This document shows, piece after piece, positions 19,428 through 23,448 of a stretch of DNA of 23,448 nucleotides. The stretch's first letter is position 1. The number at the start of each line of letters is the position of its first letter. The notes under the pieces were generated by a model. That model did no database searches. It was not told where the DNA came from and worked only from the letters and a program-made list of their open reading frames with translations. The position numbers and the translations under genes are program-made. Source of the stretch: Octopus sinensis (lineage: Eukaryota); contig NW_021836527.1 in NCBI RefSeq assembly GCF_006345805.1, positions 1-23,448 of the forward strand, written 5' to 3'.

Positions 19428-19598
19428 GCTAGTGGTTTACATCGATCCCAATCCGCAAGTGATACTTAATTTATAGATCCCGAAAAGTGGGAAACAAAAA
19501 TCGCCCACGGCGGAATTTGAACTCAGAATGTGAAGTGCCGGAAGCAATGTAACTAAGTATTTTGTTCGACGCGCTAACAATTCTGCCAGCTTGCTGTC
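19428..19598 (-). mobile_element. SINE family A, diverged copy
   Basis: GACAGCAAGCTGGCAGAATTGTTAGCGCGTCG...CTGAGTTCAAATTCCGCCGTGG...GGGATCTATAAATTAAGTATC. Confidence 0.72.
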
Positions 19599-20380
19599 TT
19601 ATTTATTCTTATTAGAAACAATTAGATCGGGGTTACTTCCATATACGTAGCCAAACTCTTTAGAAAACATTCACAAAATTATAAGAAAAACCAACTACAA
19701 AATTTTACATTTACAACAGGCATTAAATATTCTATTTAAATCGTTGCTGCTATGTTAAACTGTCGTATATCCAAATTTGGCCAAATGCTTTTCTTTTTTT
19801 TTTTTGCAATATTTATTTTTGCTTGCAATAGCAAGTTCTTTTGGTCTAACTATCGCATCTCCAGCTGCTTCAGATGTCAGGATATCAAAAATTGTCCAAG
19901 TGTAGAACAACGGTTTTAGCATTTTTTTAAAAAGTGTAGTAATTTTACAAAGATTTTTGGAAATTTTTTCAGAATCAATATCTCCGTATTTTCCCGCATA
20001 TTTTGAGGGAAAAAAAGTTCTGAAAAAAAGTTGAAAATTAAGGAAATGGGGGTGGGGTGGTAATTTAGAAATGTCGATTTTTGCCAATTTTTTTGCAGAG
20101 TCATATTCCCCGTAGCCGAAAAGTGGGGGGTCTGTGGCGAAAAAAAAAGTGTTAAAAAGGGTGGATTTTGGGGGGGCCGGGGCCGGGTGGAAGTCCTGCC
20201 CTGTTGCTAATGTAAATAGAAATAGAATGGTGAAACTATTTTTTCATTTTCTGAAAAAGCATCTTTTTGGACTTAAGACACTTTTGCATAATAGCAACGA
20301 TATACTTTTACCAGATTGCCTTTTCTCAATTATGTTTGTTTCATTATAAAGAATATTATCTCTAATTTTTTCTTTACCTT

Positions 20381-20712
20381 CGTAGGCTATGTGGTTAAGA
20401 AACTCGGCTTGCAGCCATGTGATTTCAGGTTCAGTCCCACTGTGTAGCACCATAGCCCCGGGCCGACTAATGCCTTGTGAATACATTTGGCAGATGGAAA
20501 CTATATGGAAGACCGTCGTATTGTGTTTGTGTCATATTTGTCCTCCACCACCGTTTGACAACTTACCTTGGTTTGTGTCCGTCCCCGTAACACTTTGCGG
20601 TGCAGCAATAGAGAGATCGATAAAAAGAAAAAAGAGCCAAAATTTAAAAGGTAGTTAAGTGCTAGGATCGGTTTATTCGACTAATACCCTTTAACGCAGT
20701 GCCCCAGCATAG
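20381..20712 (+). mobile_element. SINE family B, diverged near-full-length copy
   Basis: GGCTATGTGGTTAAG...GGTTCAGTCCCACTG...ATAGCCCCGGGCCGACTAATGCCTTGTG...GTCCCCGTAAC...GCAGTGCCCCAGCAT, colinear with 8565-8971. Confidence 0.75.
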
Positions 20713-20924
20713 GGAAATACGTAAAAACGAAACCAAAGAAGCGCAACCCATTCTACTACCACTGTCATTGCTACAAACACATCCACTGACACTAAAATTA
20801 TTAACCAATAGAATTACCAGCTTCACGAATATCACCGAGAAACCACATCTTCCAATACAACCATCAACAATGTCGCCTTATAATCACCAGCTCCACAACG
20901 ACAGAATGTTTGCTTGTATATATG

Positions 20925-20965
20925 TATGTATATATGCATCTATCCATCTATCTCACTCTGTCTCT

Positions 20966-21003
<38 letters not shown>

Positions 21004-21084
21004 GTCTACCTCACTGTCTCTCTCTCTCTTTCTCTCTACCTCACTCTCTCTCTCTATCTATCTATCTATTTACCTCACTGTCTA

Positions 21085-21127
<43 letters not shown>

Positions 21128-21170
21128 ATTTCTTCCACCCTCTTTCTGTCAATCTATCTCTCCATCTAAA
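20925..21170. repeat. (TCTA)n/(TC)n microsatellite
   Basis: Directly visible. Confidence 0.9.
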
Positions 21171-21373
21171 TAGCTGAATACACACACTAGTGAGTGACCG
21201 TGTTTGTAACTGTTTACACATAAACAAAAACACATAAACACACACACACATTGCACACGCACTCATCCATACTTAGCAGATTTATTCACTGAGATATATT
21301 GTGTTAATTCACGTTATACATACTTCAACAGACAAGCAAAGTACACAGACACACCATCACACTTCCACCAACA

Positions 21374-21912
21374 CACACACACACACACACACACATACAT
21401 GTATATGTAATCGGGGCCTGTATATCTTATAATAGGAGTCATTTATCAAATAGTTTGACATATCTGATATAGTCATGTGGGAGAAGAGAGAGAGAGAGAG
21501 AGAGAGCAAAACGAACAGATAGATAGATAGATACATATAGAAAGATACATAGATAAAGAGATAGATAGATATAGATAGATACATACATATATATGTATAT
21601 ATGTATTTATGTACATATATGCATATTATATATATGTATATATATATGTTTATATATACATATATGTATATACATGTATATATATATATATATACATATG
21701 TATAGATATGTTTATATATACATATATGTATATGCTTGTATATATATACATATATATATAGACATACACATATGTATTTACATATATATATGTATAGACA
21801 AACATATGTATATTCATATATATATGTATATACATATATATATATGTATAGACAAACATATGTATATTCATATATATATGTATATATAAACATGAGAGAG
21901 AGAGAGAGAGAG
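21374..21912. repeat. Compound (CA)n/(GA)n/(GATA)n/(TA)n field with a ~54-bp tandem duplication near 21785-21890
   Basis: Directly visible; TGTATAGACAAACATATGTATATTCATATATATATG occurs twice. Confidence 0.88.
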
Positions 21913-21994
21913 GTCTACGAAACGTGAATAGATGATTTTGAACTAGTACCACCAGGGGTATTTTGTACAACATACAGACCTACAGCAACCACAA

Positions 21995-22850
21995 TAATAC
22001 CATCAATATCAATATGATAATGATGATGATGATCATCATCATCATCACCATTAATGATGACAACAGAAACCGCAGCCGCATCGATTTTGGCTTGATGATG
22101 GTCATGATAAATGATGATGATGCCGATGTTTACGATGTTAATAATGGCAGTGGTGGTCGTGGTGGCGTGGCAGTGGCTCTGGTAATGGTAGGCGTCAGGT
22201 TGATGATAGTACTGTCGCTGCTCTTGATGATGATCATCGTCAGCATCATCATAAACATCGTCGTCATTTCTAGCAACATCACCAGCACCAGTGCCATCCC
22301 CTCTACACCATCACCATTACCACCATAATCATCATAATCATCCTCTTTATCGTTATCCCCATCATCACCGGAACCACCGTCACGTCATGCCAACCACCAC
22401 CACAACTATCCCTAGCACTACCATCTGCAGTTCTACCACTAACACCTTCACCTCAACCACCATCAAAACCATCACCACCATCATCATCATTATCATCATA
22501 ATCATCATAATCGCCACTTTCGTCATCATCATGGTGACCATCTCCATGGTCATCGCCGCCATTGTCATCGACATCGTCATCATCATCATCGCCGCCATTG
22601 TCGTCAAAATGATCATCATCGCCTCCATTGTCGTCGACATAATCATCATCACCGTCATCGCCGCCATTGTCGTCATCATCATCATCATCGCCACCAATGT
22701 CGTCAACATCATCATCATCGTAGCCATTGTCGTTGCCATTATCATCACCATCATCACCATCATCACCGTCAATATCATCATCATCATCATTACGAACTTC
22801 AGTATCGTCGCCCTCGTCATCATCATCACCATCACCATCCCTGTCGTCAT
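21995..22850. repeat. Degenerate (ATC/GTC/ACC)n trinucleotide field including a ~30-bp higher-order minisatellite
   Basis: Units resembling GCCGCCATTGTCGTC(ATC)n recur about 6-7 times at ~22555-22760. Confidence 0.85.
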
Positions 22851-22886
22851 CAGTGATATCCATGACATATGGCATTGAATGAATTT
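22453..22886 (-). CDS. Candidate Asp/Gly-rich coding exon (unconfirmed)
   Basis: Acceptor-like CAAGTTCCTTTTTAG| (AG at 22888-22887) leads in phase 1 into (x)IHSMPYVMDITDDDRDGDG...DDNGGDDD...GFDGG*. An open frame is expected by chance in ATC-derived repeats. Confidence 0.2.
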
Positions 22887-23185
22887 CTAAAAAGGAACTT
22901 GTTTGATCGCCTATAAACGTTAGTGTCATGGACATCTGTGTATGCTCGCGCGTGGGCAGGACGTATATATTAACGGTGTGAATATGCGTCCGCAAGTTTT
23001 CCACTCTACGCACGCTAGTTTATACACGCAGCGCTAAACTAGCACACTGACATTCACATATACCCCAACGCACACACACATACACACTATATTTACTCAA
23101 ACGCACACAAACACATGTACCTACATGTATATATATTTATATATATACAAACACACATAGATGTATATATACACACATTAACTAA

Positions 23186-23219
<34 letters not shown>

Positions 23220-23448
23220 GTCTGCATATATCTGCCTGTGTGTATGCCGTTGTGTTTGTGCGTGTGTTTCCAAATATATATATAAATATATTATATATAT
23301 ATATATATATATATACATCACGCGTGCGTTAATGAACATATATTTCAGTATATATTCATGTATGTATATATGCGTGTTTGTGTGTGTGTGTGTATGTGTT
23401 CCAAAATGTCTGACAAGTGAAAAGGAAAACCAATATACGGCCTTATCA

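Noticed and set aside
19610-20350. ORFs 19755-20087, 19916-20104 and 20134-20349
   Set aside because: They arise from A/T/G homopolymer-rich sequence resembling non-coding DNA-transposon interior. No recognisable domain, and no terminal repeats could be defined.
62-23013. Dozens of ORFs made of Y/I/H/T/M/C/V, poly-I, poly-N or L/S/I/Y repeats (e.g. 4947-5789, 309-968, 7136-7630, 10578-11150, 16730-17167, 22291-22878, 22380-22868)
   Set aside because: They are translations of (TA)n, (TACA)n, (TG)n, (AAT)n, (TCTA)n and (ATC)n microsatellites, which lack stops in several frames. No domain signal.

Overview
AT-rich, microsatellite-saturated animal genomic DNA. The SINE families and repeat landscape suggest a coleoid cephalopod, probably Octopus; this is pattern recognition, not a database hit. 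The window is most likely intronic or intergenic. No intact protein-coding gene can be supported, and nearly all ORFs in the track are translations of (TA)n, (TACA)n, (TG)n, (TCTA)n or (ATC)n repeats. Supported content: many copies of three tRNA-derived SINE families (called A, B and C here), an RTE-clade LINE 3' fragment interrupted by a SINE with a 16-bp TSD, a decayed R4/Dong-like RT relic, two non-autonomous Helitrons, and three long fold-back palindromes. The standout is a ~520-bp palindromic insertion (12347-12865) flanked by an exact 15-bp TSD. It consists of two back-to-back tRNA-like Pol III heads, each followed by an (AAT)n spacer and a minimal type-I, Penelope-style hammerhead ribozyme motif. 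A second hammerhead-like motif from a different repeat lies at 13845-13886. SINE-A also forms head-to-tail concatemers that re-enter at nearly the same internal position at four separate loci. Three weak host-exon candidates are flagged at low confidence.
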